Below are positions 15,650 to 24,811 of a stretch of DNA of 64,000 nucleotides, piece by piece. Source of the DNA: an uncultured Rubellimicrobium sp. (GTDB lineage: Bacteria; Pseudomonadota; Alphaproteobacteria; Rhodobacterales; Rhodobacteraceae); assembly GCA_964540965.1 (NCBI GenBank), contig CAZIOT010000009.1, positions 38,642 to 102,641 on the forward strand, written 5' to 3'. Below the pieces are notes generated by a model. That model made no database searches, was not told the origin of the DNA, and saw nothing but the letters and a program-made list of their open reading frames with translations. Positions within the stretch are counted from its first letter, which is position 1. Each line of letters begins with the position of its first letter. The position numbers and the translations under genes were made by a program.

Positions 15650-16750
15650 TCAGCGCACGATGAATTCCGCATGAAGCGCCCCGGCGGCGCGGATGCTTTT
15701 CAGGATGTCGATCATGTCGGTCGGCGCCACGCCCAGTGCGTTCAGACCGGCGACCACCTCGGACAGGCTGGTCCCTTCGCCGACCTCGGCAAGGCCGCCC
15801 TGCTCGGTCGCGATGCCGACATTGCTGCGCGGCACCACCACCGTCTCGCCTTCGGAAAACGGGTTCGGCTGCACCACCAGCGGTGCTTCCTCGACGGTCA
15901 GGGTCAGGCCGCCCTGGCTGACGGCGACGCGGCTGATCCGCACGTCCTCGCCCATGACGATGGTGCCCGAGCGCTGGTCGACGACGACGCGGGCGCGGGT
16001 TTCCGGCTCGACCAGGATATTCTCGATCCGGCCCAGGGCGTGGGCGGGCGAGGGCATCCGCATGGCGCCGATGTCGAGTTCGACCGTGCCGGCATCCAGC
16101 ATGATGGCGACCTGACGGCCGAATTCTGCGTTGACGGCGCCTTCGATGCGGCCGGCGGTGGTGAAATCGGGGGTGCGCAGGGCCAGGCGGACATAGGACA
16201 GGTCCGACAGGGCAAAGGCGACCTCGCGTTCCACGGTGGCGCCGGCGGGGATCACCCCGGCGGTGGGCACGCCTTGGGTGACGGTGGCGGCTTCGCCTTC
16301 GGCGCTGACGCCGCCGGCGATGATCGTGCCCTGCGCCACGGCATAGATGTCGCCGTCCGCAGCGTTCAGCGGCGTCATGACCAGGGTGCCGCCAAGCAGG
16401 CTCGACGCGTCGCCGATGGCCGAGACCGTGACGTCGATCGGCGATCCGGCGCGGGCAAAGGGCGGCAGGGTAGCGGTGACCAGAACCGCGGCCACATTGC
16501 GCGGCCGGAACTGTTCGCCGGTGACGTTCACCCCCAGCCGTTCCAGGATATTGGCCATGATTTCTTCGGTGAACGGCGAATTCCGCAGGCCGTCGCCGGT
16601 CCCGTTCAGGCCGACGACAAGGCCATAACCGACCAGCTCGTTCGAGCGCACGCCGTCGAATTCGACCAGATCCTTGATCCTGACCGGGCTTGCCGTGACG
16701 GGCGCGGCAAAGGGCAGGGCGACCAGCGCGGCAAGAAGCAGCGCGCGCAT
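15650..16750 (-). CDS. flgI: Flagellar P-ring protein FlgI
   Basis: 366 aa, signal peptide and full-length FlgI similarity (RIKDL..VRSNELVGYGLVVGLNGTGD). Confidence 0.95.
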   Translation of the reverse strand: MRALLLAALVALPFAAPVTASPVRIKDLVEFDGVRSNELVGYGLVVGLNGTGDGLRNSPFTEEIMANILERLGVNVTGEQFRPRNVAAVLVTATLPPFARAGSPIDVTVSAIGDASSLLGGTLVMTPLNAADGDIYAVAQGTIIAGGVSAEGEAATVTQGVPTAGVIPAGATVEREVAFALSDLSYVRLALRTPDFTTAGRIEGAVNAEFGRQVAIMLDAGTVELDIGAMRMPSPAHALGRIENILVEPETRARVVVDQRSGTIVMGEDVRISRVAVSQGGLTLTVEEAPLVVQPNPFSEGETVVVPRSNVGIATEQGGLAEVGEGTSLSEVVAGLNALGVAPTDMIDILKSIRAAGALHAEFIVR

Positions 16751-17754
16751 CAGAGATAGGCCCCGAGCGACAGGCCGGCGAGCCGCGCCGTGACCGCATA
16801 TTGCGTGTCAAGGCGGGTCTGCACCTCGGTCAGGGCGGTGGCGGCTTCGTAGGGGTCGGCGGCGATCAGGTCGTTGCGCAGCATCTTTGCCGCCGACAGC
16901 GCCGCCCCCTGCCGGGCGGTGGCGGCATCGACGGCCTCTTGCGTGGCGCCCAGCCGGGCGCGGGTCGCGGTCAGGCCTTCGGCGGCGGCGACAAGGCCGG
17001 TGCCGGCGTCGCGCAGGGCGGTGGCGCGGTCATTGTCCGACAGCGTCATGCCGGGGTCGCCGGCCATGGCGGCCTTGGCCAGCGACTTCATTACCGCCTT
17101 CAGTTCGGCCGCGTCGGCGCGGGGGTCGAGCGTCACGGTCAGGTCGCCGATGCGGCGGGTGGCGGCGCTGCCGGTGTCGCCGCGGTAGACGGTGGTGGCA
17201 AAGCCGCCGGCGGGGTCGTCAAAGAAGCTGTCGATACGGGCGGTCAGGTCGGCGGCATCGGTCGCGCCGGCGACCGCGCTGCGCAGCGCGGTCATCACCG
17301 TGCCGGCGCCGGCCAGGGCCGGGCTGTCGGTGGCAGTGCCGGCGAACAGGCTTTCGCCGCCCTGCCGCCCGTTCAGCGCCGAGATCACCGTCTCGAGCCC
17401 GGCTTGCGCCTTGGCCGCGGCGCCGGCGATGACCGAGGGCGCGGCGGCGATCGGCAGGGCCAGCAAATCCGAGGACAGGGTGCTGCGCTGCGCCTCGATC
17501 GAGTCGAGCGCGACCTGCGTGGTGTCAAGGCGCGCGCCCAGCGCGGCGCTGGCCTTCTGTTCGGTGGTCCGCAGCGTGATGGTGCGGTCGAGGTCGACCA
17601 GAAGATCGGAACGCCCGTTCAGATGCGCCACCGGATCGGCGACCTGGCCCGAGGCGACCTCGGCCGAGAGTTGCGCCAGCCGTTCCTTGAGCGCGGTGGT
17701 GTTGCGCAGGCCGGCGAAATGCCGGGCCATGTCGCCGATGGACGTGAGGGCCAT
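16750..17754 (-). CDS. flgL: Hook-associated protein 3 FlgL
   Basis: 334 aa with a flagellin-like N-terminus and C-terminus. Lies directly after flgK; its stop overlaps the flgI start. Confidence 0.8.
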   Translation of the reverse strand: MALTSIGDMARHFAGLRNTTALKERLAQLSAEVASGQVADPVAHLNGRSDLLVDLDRTITLRTTEQKASAALGARLDTTQVALDSIEAQRSTLSSDLLALPIAAAPSVIAGAAAKAQAGLETVISALNGRQGGESLFAGTATDSPALAGAGTVMTALRSAVAGATDAADLTARIDSFFDDPAGGFATTVYRGDTGSAATRRIGDLTVTLDPRADAAELKAVMKSLAKAAMAGDPGMTLSDNDRATALRDAGTGLVAAAEGLTATRARLGATQEAVDAATARQGAALSAAKMLRNDLIAADPYEAATALTEVQTRLDTQYAVTARLAGLSLGAYL

Positions 17755-17757
17755 GGG

Positions 17758-19179
17758 TCAGATCTCCATCAGGGTGCGGATCATGTCGTCGATGGCCGTG
17801 AGAACCCGGGCATTGGCGGCATAGGTCTGTTCGATGCGCAGAAGCAGCGCGGTTTCGGCGTCGGAATCGACGCCGCCGGCAAGTTCGGAGTCGCGCAAGG
17901 CGGCATAGCGGCCGGTCGCATAGGACTGCGATTCTTCGGCCCGCAGGCGGGCGTTGCCGGCGCCGGCAGCAAGGCTGGCGGTGCGGTCGGCGAAACTGGC
18001 GCCCGCGGCGGTGGAATCGAGCGCGTCGGTCCAGGCGTCAAGCTGTGTCGCATTGCCGACCGGGCCGGCCGCGGTGGCGCCGACCCCATCGCGCAGCCGC
18101 CAGAGGGCCCCGCCCCGCGCCGGGTCGATGGCGGCATTGACGGCAAGGCGGCTGGCAAGGCCGGTGGTGTCGGCGGGATCGCGGCGGCCGCCGGCATCGG
18201 TGAACAGGCCGGGAGTGGTGGCGCCGAGGGTCGGGTCGACGGCGGGGTTGGTGAAGCGGTCGATCAGGTCGGCGGCAAGGGCATCAAGCTCTGCGGCCTG
18301 TCCGGGCAGCACGGTATCGCGCAGCCGGAACGCGGCGCCGAGCGAGCCGCCGTCCATCAGAGCGGTGCCGCTGATCGGCTGGCCGTCGCGGGTCAGGCCC
18401 GAAAGCGCGCCGGTCCCAAGGGTCATGTCGGCGGTCATGGTATGGACGGCGGCAAAGCCGTATTCGCGTGCGGGGCCGTCGATCAGCACCTCGCCGCCCG
18501 TGGTGACAAGGGCGATCTGCCCGGCCGACCTGTCGAGTTCGCGCACCGGGACGATGCGGGCGATGGTGTCGACGATGCCCTGTCGCTGGTCCATCAGCGC
18601 CGCGGCGTCCTGCCCGGTGTTGACCGCATTGGCGATGCCGAGGTTCACCTCTTCCAGCGCCTTGAGGCTGCGGTTGAGGGTGGCGATGTCGCTGGCGATC
18701 CGGCCGTCGGCGGCAAGCCGCTCTTTCTGGACGGCGGCGGCGGCGGCGTTGATGCCGCTGGCCAGCCCGTTCAGCCGGTCGCGCAGGGTGCCCAGCGCGA
18801 TTTCCGAGGACGGGTTCGCCGCGGCCGAGGTCAGGGAGGATTGCAGCGCGGCCAGCCGGGCGGCGATGCCGTCGCCGGCGCCGGCGGTGCCGATGGCGGT
18901 TTCGACCCGGCCGAGTGCGCCGAGGGTCAGGTCGCTGGCCGTCATCACCGACTCGGCGGCGCGGCGGTCGGACAGGATGCCGCGGTCGACGATGCGGGCG
19001 ATGCCGTCGACGCGCACGCCGCCGCCCTGTCCGCCCAGGACACGCGCCGACAGCAGGACCTCGCGCCGGCCATAGCCTTCGGTCAGGGCGTTGGCGAGGT
19101 TCGACGACACCGTTTCGGCCATGCGCGAGGTGGCGGCAAGCCCGCTCAGCGCGTTGGACAGGGAATGCGACAGGCTCAT
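17758..19179 (-). CDS. flgK: Hook-associated protein 1 FlgK
   Basis: N-terminus MSLSHSLSNALSGLAATSRMAETVSSNLANALTEGY and a conserved C-terminal rod/hook segment. Confidence 0.9.
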   Translation of the reverse strand: MSLSHSLSNALSGLAATSRMAETVSSNLANALTEGYGRREVLLSARVLGGQGGGVRVDGIARIVDRGILSDRRAAESVMTASDLTLGALGRVETAIGTAGAGDGIAARLAALQSSLTSAAANPSSEIALGTLRDRLNGLASGINAAAAAVQKERLAADGRIASDIATLNRSLKALEEVNLGIANAVNTGQDAAALMDQRQGIVDTIARIVPVRELDRSAGQIALVTTGGEVLIDGPAREYGFAAVHTMTADMTLGTGALSGLTRDGQPISGTALMDGGSLGAAFRLRDTVLPGQAAELDALAADLIDRFTNPAVDPTLGATTPGLFTDAGGRRDPADTTGLASRLAVNAAIDPARGGALWRLRDGVGATAAGPVGNATQLDAWTDALDSTAAGASFADRTASLAAGAGNARLRAEESQSYATGRYAALRDSELAGGVDSDAETALLLRIEQTYAANARVLTAIDDMIRTLMEI

Positions 19180-19191
19180 CGGCTTTGGTCC

Positions 19192-20493
19192 TTACCGCTT
19201 GATATTGGTGGTTTCCTGCAACATCTCGTCCACGGTCTGGATGACCTTGGCGTTGGAGGAATAGGCGCGTTGCGTCTGGATCAGGCTGGTCAGTTCGCCG
19301 GCGACATCGGTGGCCGATTCCTCGCGCGCGTAACCCAGGATTTCGCCGGTGGGGCCGTCGCCGGCATCCCACAGGAAGAACGAGCCGCTGTCCGAGGTGA
19401 CGCCGTAGGTCTGGTCGTCGAACACGGCCAGGCCGTTGGGGTTCGGCACGTCGACCAGCGGAATCTGGTAGATGGTCCGGGTGATGCCGGTGTCGAACAG
19501 GGCGTGGACATAGCCGTTGGCATCGACCTCGACCGAGGTCAGGTTGCCGGCGGCCGAGCCGTTCTTGCTGATGTCGACGGGGGCGAAGGAATCGGACAGC
19601 TGCGTCATGCCGCTGGGCGAGCCGAGGGCGCCGATGTTGACCTCGATCGGGCCGCCGGCGACGTTCACCGTCATCAGGCCGGTCGCCGGGTCATAGGCGC
19701 CGCCGCTGGTCGTGGTGACGGAAAGAAGCGTGCCGCCGCCGCCGCGCGAACTGTCGAATGTCAGGGTGTATTCGCCGATCACCGCCCCGCCCGAGGCGCT
19801 GTCGGTCAGGGTCATCGTCCACTGGTTCGACGATCCGGTGGCGGGCACCACCGGGCTGAAGCTGACACCGACATTGGCCGATTTGCCGAGGTTGTCGAAA
19901 TATTCGATGGAGAGTTCGCGGCTGTCGCCGGGGGCGCCCGCCGCGGATTCGGTTGCGGGCAGGTTGACGATAAGGTCGAAGGCTGTCGTCGGTTCGCCCG
20001 AAAGCTGGTTGCGGTTGATCCGCACCGGTTCAAGCCCCGCCATTGTGTCGCGCGGATAGGCCGGGATGGTGCCGTCACTGTTGGCGGGCCAGCCCAAGAG
20101 CATCAGGCCGCCGCTGGTGGTGAGATAGCCGTTCTGGTCGGTCAGGAACGATCCGGTCGTGGTCAGCAGCAGATCCTGCTGGCCATTGGCGACATTGACC
20201 GAGGATCCGGTGGTGACCGGCAGCATGCCGCGGCCGCGCACGGCAAGATCGGTGGCGCTGGCGGTCGAGATCAGCGCGCCGCGTTCGTCGATCAGCCGGG
20301 CCGAAGTGGTGCGGACGCCGCCGGCGGTGTAGCTGCCCTTGCCGGAATTGATGACCATGGCGTGGAAATCGGTCACCGCCCGCTTGTAGCCATAGGTCGA
20401 GGAATTGGCGATGTTGTCCGAAATGGTCGCCAGCCGGTTGGCGTTGGCGTTCAGACCGGCGACACCGGCGTTGAGCGAGGACGAGATCGTCAT
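19192..20493 (-). CDS. flgE: Flagellar hook protein FlgE
   Basis: N-terminus SLNAGVAGLNANANRLATISDNIANSSTYGYK and C-terminus LIQTQRAYSSNAKVIQTVDEMLQ. Confidence 0.9.
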   Translation of the reverse strand: MTISSSLNAGVAGLNANANRLATISDNIANSSTYGYKRAVTDFHAMVINSGKGSYTAGGVRTTSARLIDERGALISTASATDLAVRGRGMLPVTTGSSVNVANGQQDLLLTTTGSFLTDQNGYLTTSGGLMLLGWPANSDGTIPAYPRDTMAGLEPVRINRNQLSGEPTTAFDLIVNLPATESAAGAPGDSRELSIEYFDNLGKSANVGVSFSPVVPATGSSNQWTMTLTDSASGGAVIGEYTLTFDSSRGGGGTLLSVTTTSGGAYDPATGLMTVNVAGGPIEVNIGALGSPSGMTQLSDSFAPVDISKNGSAAGNLTSVEVDANGYVHALFDTGITRTIYQIPLVDVPNPNGLAVFDDQTYGVTSDSGSFFLWDAGDGPTGEILGYAREESATDVAGELTSLIQTQRAYSSNAKVIQTVDEMLQETTNIKR

Positions 20494-20556
20494 GGGGGGC
20501 CTTTCGGGCTGCGGATGAAGCAGCCCTCCTATAGCGCGCGGTGTCTTAAGGACGCG

Positions 20557-21411
20557 CTAACGCTGGCGCTCGGTCCGCAGGAGCGTGATCTCGAACCTGT
20601 CGTTGCGTTCGGACAGCGGGTTGTCGGTGGCCGGACTCGAGTCGCCATGCCCAGTCAGGCGGCGCAGGCGGGCAAGGTCAAACCCGCCGTCCTGCATCAG
20701 CCGCCGCAGCACCCCGGCACGGGCCGAGGACAGATCCCATACCGGGCTGTCGGCCAGCACCACCGGCTGCGAGGGCACATAGGCGTCAATGGCCAATGGG
20801 TTTGTGACGATGCTGGCCATGGTGGCAATGGTTTCGACGATTTCCCGGGTGACGGGCAGCGGTTCGGCGGTGGTTCCGTCAAAGATCGGGGCATCGGGCA
20901 GGGCAAAGACCTCGATCACCAGCCCCTCGTCCGTCAGCCGGGTGACGACATGGCGCAACGCCATGTCCGACAGCAGGCTTTCGCCGCCGCGACCCAGAAG
21001 CGCGTCCTCGACCTGTTCCAGCGTGGCGGTTTCGACCGCCGCCGCGGCGGCCGAGCCGTCGGCGTCGTCGAATTGCGGAAAGGTCGATTGACCGGCGATG
21101 CCCAGAGCCAGCCCCTCTCCGGTGTTGGCCATCGGGTCAAGAGAGGAGGGGCTGTCGCCGCCGAACATGCCGTCCGAGCCGCCCGAGGTGCGGCTGATCG
21201 GCGCCACCGGCGCAAAGTAATCGGCGATTCCCTTGCGTTGCTGTTCCGTGGTCGCGTTCAGCAGCCACATCAGCATGAAGAATGCCATCATCGCGGTCAC
21301 GAAATCGGCGTAGGCGACCTTCCATGCCCCGCCGTGGTGACCGCCGCCGGCGATCACCTTCTTGCGCTTGATGATGACAGGCGCATTTCCGGCCTGTGCC
21401 ATCTGTCCCAT
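20557..21411 (-). CDS. motB: Flagellar stator protein MotB
   Basis: The N-terminal plug/TM segment AWKVAYADFVTAMMAFFMLMWLL contains the conserved Asp. OmpA-like C-terminal region. Confidence 0.85.
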   Translation of the reverse strand: MGQMAQAGNAPVIIKRKKVIAGGGHHGGAWKVAYADFVTAMMAFFMLMWLLNATTEQQRKGIADYFAPVAPISRTSGGSDGMFGGDSPSSLDPMANTGEGLALGIAGQSTFPQFDDADGSAAAAAVETATLEQVEDALLGRGGESLLSDMALRHVVTRLTDEGLVIEVFALPDAPIFDGTTAEPLPVTREIVETIATMASIVTNPLAIDAYVPSQPVVLADSPVWDLSSARAGVLRRLMQDGGFDLARLRRLTGHGDSSPATDNPLSERNDRFEITLLRTERQR

Positions 21412-21478
21412 CCCTAACTCACCCGCAATCGGGATAAGGGGTCAGGGGTTAACCCGGCCTTGACGATTCAAATCGAGG

Positions 21479-22243
21479 TCAAAGGCCACGCCGGCGCCAT
21501 ATTTCGTCGGGGCCGCAGAATTCGACCAGATCATAGCCGGCATGGGTCATGATGCGCGCGATCTCTGGCCCGCCGGTGTTGTTCTCGATCGCCCAGACGG
21601 CGACGTTGTGGCGGTCAAAGGGAAAGGCGGACAGCGCCGCGGCCTCGCCGCCCTCGATGTCGAGCGAGATGAAGTCGGGGTCGGGGATACCGGCATCGGC
21701 CAGGATGCCGGCGATGGTGCGGGTCTGGACGCGAAAGCTGCGCTCCTTGTGCCGCGGATCGGCGCGCACCCGGTCGAGCAGGCCGGGGTCATAGCTGGCC
21801 GACAGCCCGCTCATCTGCGTGTAACCTTCGCTGATCTCGATGAAATCGGCGTCGCCGTCGACGGCGGCGACGGCAAGGCCCAGACAGGGGCAGCGGCGCA
21901 CCATCTTGGCGCGCGCCAGCTGCGCGGGAACGGGTTCGACAAGGACGCCGGTCCAGCCGCGCCAGAATTCGAAGAACAGCGTGTTCGACCCGGTGGTGCC
22001 GTCATAGCCGCCGATATCGACAAAGGTGCCGCCGCGCCTGCCGCCGAGGATACGGTCGACGACCACATCCTGACCGGCCTGGCTGGAATAGGGATAGCCC
22101 TGCGTCAGCATGTGGCGCAGTTCGTGGATGCGGCGGTTGATCTGGCCGCGGCGACGCGAACGGTCGCCCTCGAGCAGCCGCGCCTGTTCGGCCAGGATCT
22201 CCTGCGCGGTGCGGCGCAGGTCGGCGATGCGGTCATCGGCCAT
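21479..22243 (-). CDS. FkbM-family SAM-dependent methyltransferase
   Basis: Motif FVDIGGYDGTTGSNTLFFE and overall FkbM-like layout. ATG at 22243 is preferred over the upstream in-frame start at 22291. Confidence 0.75.
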   Translation of the reverse strand: MADDRIADLRRTAQEILAEQARLLEGDRSRRRGQINRRIHELRHMLTQGYPYSSQAGQDVVVDRILGGRRGGTFVDIGGYDGTTGSNTLFFEFWRGWTGVLVEPVPAQLARAKMVRRCPCLGLAVAAVDGDADFIEISEGYTQMSGLSASYDPGLLDRVRADPRHKERSFRVQTRTIAGILADAGIPDPDFISLDIEGGEAAALSAFPFDRHNVAVWAIENNTGGPEIARIMTHAGYDLVEFCGPDEIWRRRGL

Positions 22244-22649
22244 TGCCGCCCTCCTTGCCCAGATAGTCGGCGTAGGACTTTTCCTCGACAATGAGCGAGC
22301 CGAGATGCAGGTTGATCGCCTTCTTTACCGCGGCGCGTTCGTCGTTGACCCGATAGACCGCGCGGGCAAGGCCGATGAAGGCCGGGCCGAAATCGCCGGC
22401 GCGTTCGCAATCGCGGATGTCGTCCTCGATCACCCAGAGGCGGGCGTTGATCCCGTAAAGCGCGTCCCACAGTTCCGAAAGCCGGTCCGAGGGCGGCAGG
22501 TGGGCGTCGGCGGTGGCCAGCAGCACTGCCTGTTCGTGACGGACATTGGCCAGTTTTGCGGCATCGGCGATCCGTTCGGCCTTGAGCCGCAGGATCGTCA
22601 GCTTGTCGATCAGCTCGCCGGGCGAGGTCGGCACCAGAATGTCAGTCAT
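22233..22649 (-). CDS. Small helical protein, DUF6165-like (recognised from memory, unverified)
   Basis: 138 aa starting MTDILVPTSPGELIDKLTILRLK. ATGA overlap with the upstream TPR-glycosyltransferase gene. Confidence 0.6.
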   Translation of the reverse strand: MTDILVPTSPGELIDKLTILRLKAERIADAAKLANVRHEQAVLLATADAHLPPSDRLSELWDALYGINARLWVIEDDIRDCERAGDFGPAFIGLARAVYRVNDERAAVKKAINLHLGSLIVEEKSYADYLGKEGGNGR

Positions 22650-24010
22650 CTGTCCCCCTTCGGCGCCGCAAGGGCGGCAAGGTCGCTGCGCACCCGTTCC
22701 AGCACGCCCGGCCAGTCGCGCGGCCGGTCCTGCCGGTAAAGGCGCATCGAAGGATACCACGGACTGCTCTCGCGTTCGAGTTGCCAGAGCCAGAACGCAT
22801 CCCAGTGCAAGAGCGTCCAGGTCGGCCGGCCCAGCGAGCCGGCGATATGGCAGGTGGCGGTGCAGGAGGTGACGATCAGGTCCATTTCCTGCATCATCGC
22901 GGCGCAATCGGCGAAATCGCGGTCGGTCGAGGCGGCATCGACGATCAGCGCGCTGCTGCCATCGGCCTTGAAGGCCTCAAGCTCGGGCCCCTTGTACAGC
23001 GAGAACATCTGCACGCCGGGCACGTCGAGCAGGCGGTGCAGCAGCGTGTGGCTGAACGAGCGGAAGGCGTTTGCGCGGTAGGTGACAGAGCCGCACCAGA
23101 CCACGCCGACCTTGAATTTGCCCTTGTGAGGCGCAGTGATGGCGCGGGCACGGGCGCGGCTGTCCTCGGGCACGGTCAGGCGGGTGGGGGGCGGGACCGC
23201 GGCATCGGCATCGAAATGCAGCGGCGGCAGGTCCATGATGTTGGTCCAGACATCATAGGGTTCGTCGGGTTGCAGGCCGACCCAATCGGCGCCCTCGACT
23301 CCGGCCATCAGCCGCAGAAGCGGCTTTTCGCACAGAAGCAGCACCCGTTTCGGGTTGAACCGACGCAGCACCGGCAGGAAACGGGCAAAGGTGACGGCAT
23401 CGCCAAAGCCCTGTTCGGGCAGGACAAGGATGGTCTTGCCGGTCAGGTCGCCGCCGTCCCATTTCGGCGTCACCATCTGCCGCGGCTTGAGCTCTCCGGT
23501 CAGCCAGCGGGCGTCGTAGTGACGGAAACCGTCGGTATAGTTCCCGGCGGCCAGTTCCGTCAGCGCAAGCTGGATCGTCAGTTCGTGAAAGCCGGGATGG
23601 GCGGCGCCATGGCGCTTCAGGACGGCGATCGATTCGTCATGGCGGCCAAGGGCGCGCAGGCTCTTGCCCTCCATCGCCTTGGCCATCGCATCGCCGGGTT
23701 CCAGCGCGATCAGCCGGCGCCGCAATTCAAGCGAGCGTTCGTTTTCGCCCACATCGTTCAGGATATTGGCGAAATTGTTCAGCGTGCCGCGGTTGTCCGG
23801 GTCAAGGGCATAGGCGCGTTCCTGTGCGGCGATGGCAAGGTCGTGGCGCGACTGGACGCGGAACAGCACGCCAAGGTTCGACCAGATCGCCCCGTCCCCG
23901 GGCACTTCGGCCAGGTATTCGGCATAGGCCGCCAGCGCCTCGGTCAGCTTGCCGGCGCGGTGGGCGCCGGTCGCGCGGTCGCGCAGCGCGTTCAGCCGGG
24001 CAGAGGTCAT
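22646..24010 (-). CDS. TPR-repeat protein fused to a GT9/heptosyltransferase-like GT-B domain
   Basis: The N-terminal ~190 aa are TPR-like (AIWSNLGVLF.., AYALDPDN..). The C-terminal domain has the GT9-type motif ILVLPEQGFGDAVTFARFLPVL. Confidence 0.75.
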   Translation of the reverse strand: MTSARLNALRDRATGAHRAGKLTEALAAYAEYLAEVPGDGAIWSNLGVLFRVQSRHDLAIAAQERAYALDPDNRGTLNNFANILNDVGENERSLELRRRLIALEPGDAMAKAMEGKSLRALGRHDESIAVLKRHGAAHPGFHELTIQLALTELAAGNYTDGFRHYDARWLTGELKPRQMVTPKWDGGDLTGKTILVLPEQGFGDAVTFARFLPVLRRFNPKRVLLLCEKPLLRLMAGVEGADWVGLQPDEPYDVWTNIMDLPPLHFDADAAVPPPTRLTVPEDSRARARAITAPHKGKFKVGVVWCGSVTYRANAFRSFSHTLLHRLLDVPGVQMFSLYKGPELEAFKADGSSALIVDAASTDRDFADCAAMMQEMDLIVTSCTATCHIAGSLGRPTWTLLHWDAFWLWQLERESSPWYPSMRLYRQDRPRDWPGVLERVRSDLAALAAPKGDR

Positions 24011-24807
24011 CCCTGGTCCCCGCCGTGGCGGCGGACCGGACGCAGCAGTGTCTCGGGGCGGCGCGCCTCGGCCGCCTCGAACAGGGAAAAGGTCTGGTTG
24101 ACGTAGTTCACCGCGCCGGAAATCAGGTCAAAGTATTCGGCGACCTCCTTGGTGATCTCGGTTTCGACCATGGCGATGCTGCGGTCCTGCGGCGTCGTCT
24201 CGAACGTGGCGTAGAACAGCGGATCGCCGCGGTTGATGACGATGGGCTTGGTGGTGTCATGCCATTCGAAGGCCCACATCAAGGGCCGCGGCCAGACATT
24301 GATCGGAAAGCGCCCGCCAAAGATCGTGCCCGGCAGCGGGTTGCGCTGGTAGTGCATGAAGGGCGCAACCTGGCTCATGTAGCAGGGTTCGTCGGCGACG
24401 AAGATGTAGGGCAGCGCCAGCTGGATTGTCGGCACATCGGGGTGGCGCCATTCCACCTCGTTCGTGACATGCAGCTTTTCGCCCAGTTTCGAGGCGCGGA
24501 TCGTGCTTGCCTCGCCGGCCAGGTTACGAAGGCCCGGCTTGCCCTTTTCATCACGGAAAAAGCCGATGTTGAGGTCGAACGGGCAGCGGATGACGAAATA
24601 GCGCGCCTCGAGGCTGATCACCGCCGGGCAGCGGCTGGCCGATTTGGCATGGCGACGGTTCAGGTCCACCGAGCGCACCCGTTCCGGCGGGAAATAGATG
24701 ATGCCGGTCTTGGGTTCGGTCAGGCACCAGCCCACGGTCAGCGGGCCCGAAGGCGCGGCCTGCGGCCCGGTCTGTTCGAAGGTCACCTCGAATCTCATCG
24801 CTTTCAC
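24007..24807 (-). CDS. Conserved-looking hypothetical protein (266 aa), no recognisable motif
   Basis: Codon usage resembles its neighbours. ATGA overlap with the downstream gene and a 4-nt gap from the upstream gene. Confidence 0.6.
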   Translation of the reverse strand: MKAMRFEVTFEQTGPQAAPSGPLTVGWCLTEPKTGIIYFPPERVRSVDLNRRHAKSASRCPAVISLEARYFVIRCPFDLNIGFFRDEKGKPGLRNLAGEASTIRASKLGEKLHVTNEVEWRHPDVPTIQLALPYIFVADEPCYMSQVAPFMHYQRNPLPGTIFGGRFPINVWPRPLMWAFEWHDTTKPIVINRGDPLFYATFETTPQDRSIAMVETEITKEVAEYFDLISGAVNYVNQTFSLFEAAEARRPETLLRPVRRHGGDQG

Positions 24808-24811
24808 TCCC

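Noticed and set aside
16801-21417. 1538-aa plus-strand ORF spanning flgL, flgK, flgE and motB on the opposite strand
   Set aside because: It is a Gly/Arg/Ala-rich shadow ORF antisense to four genes with clear flagellar homology. Long stop-free antisense frames of this kind are typical artefacts of high G+C.
21412-21478. A full CtrA box upstream of motB
   Set aside because: Only one TTAA (inside GGTTAACC) is present and there is no second half-site at N7. It is kept only as part of the TTAA-pattern observation. The nearby TTGACGATT-ca-AATCGAGGTCAA hairpin overlaps the FkbM stop and looks more like a terminator.
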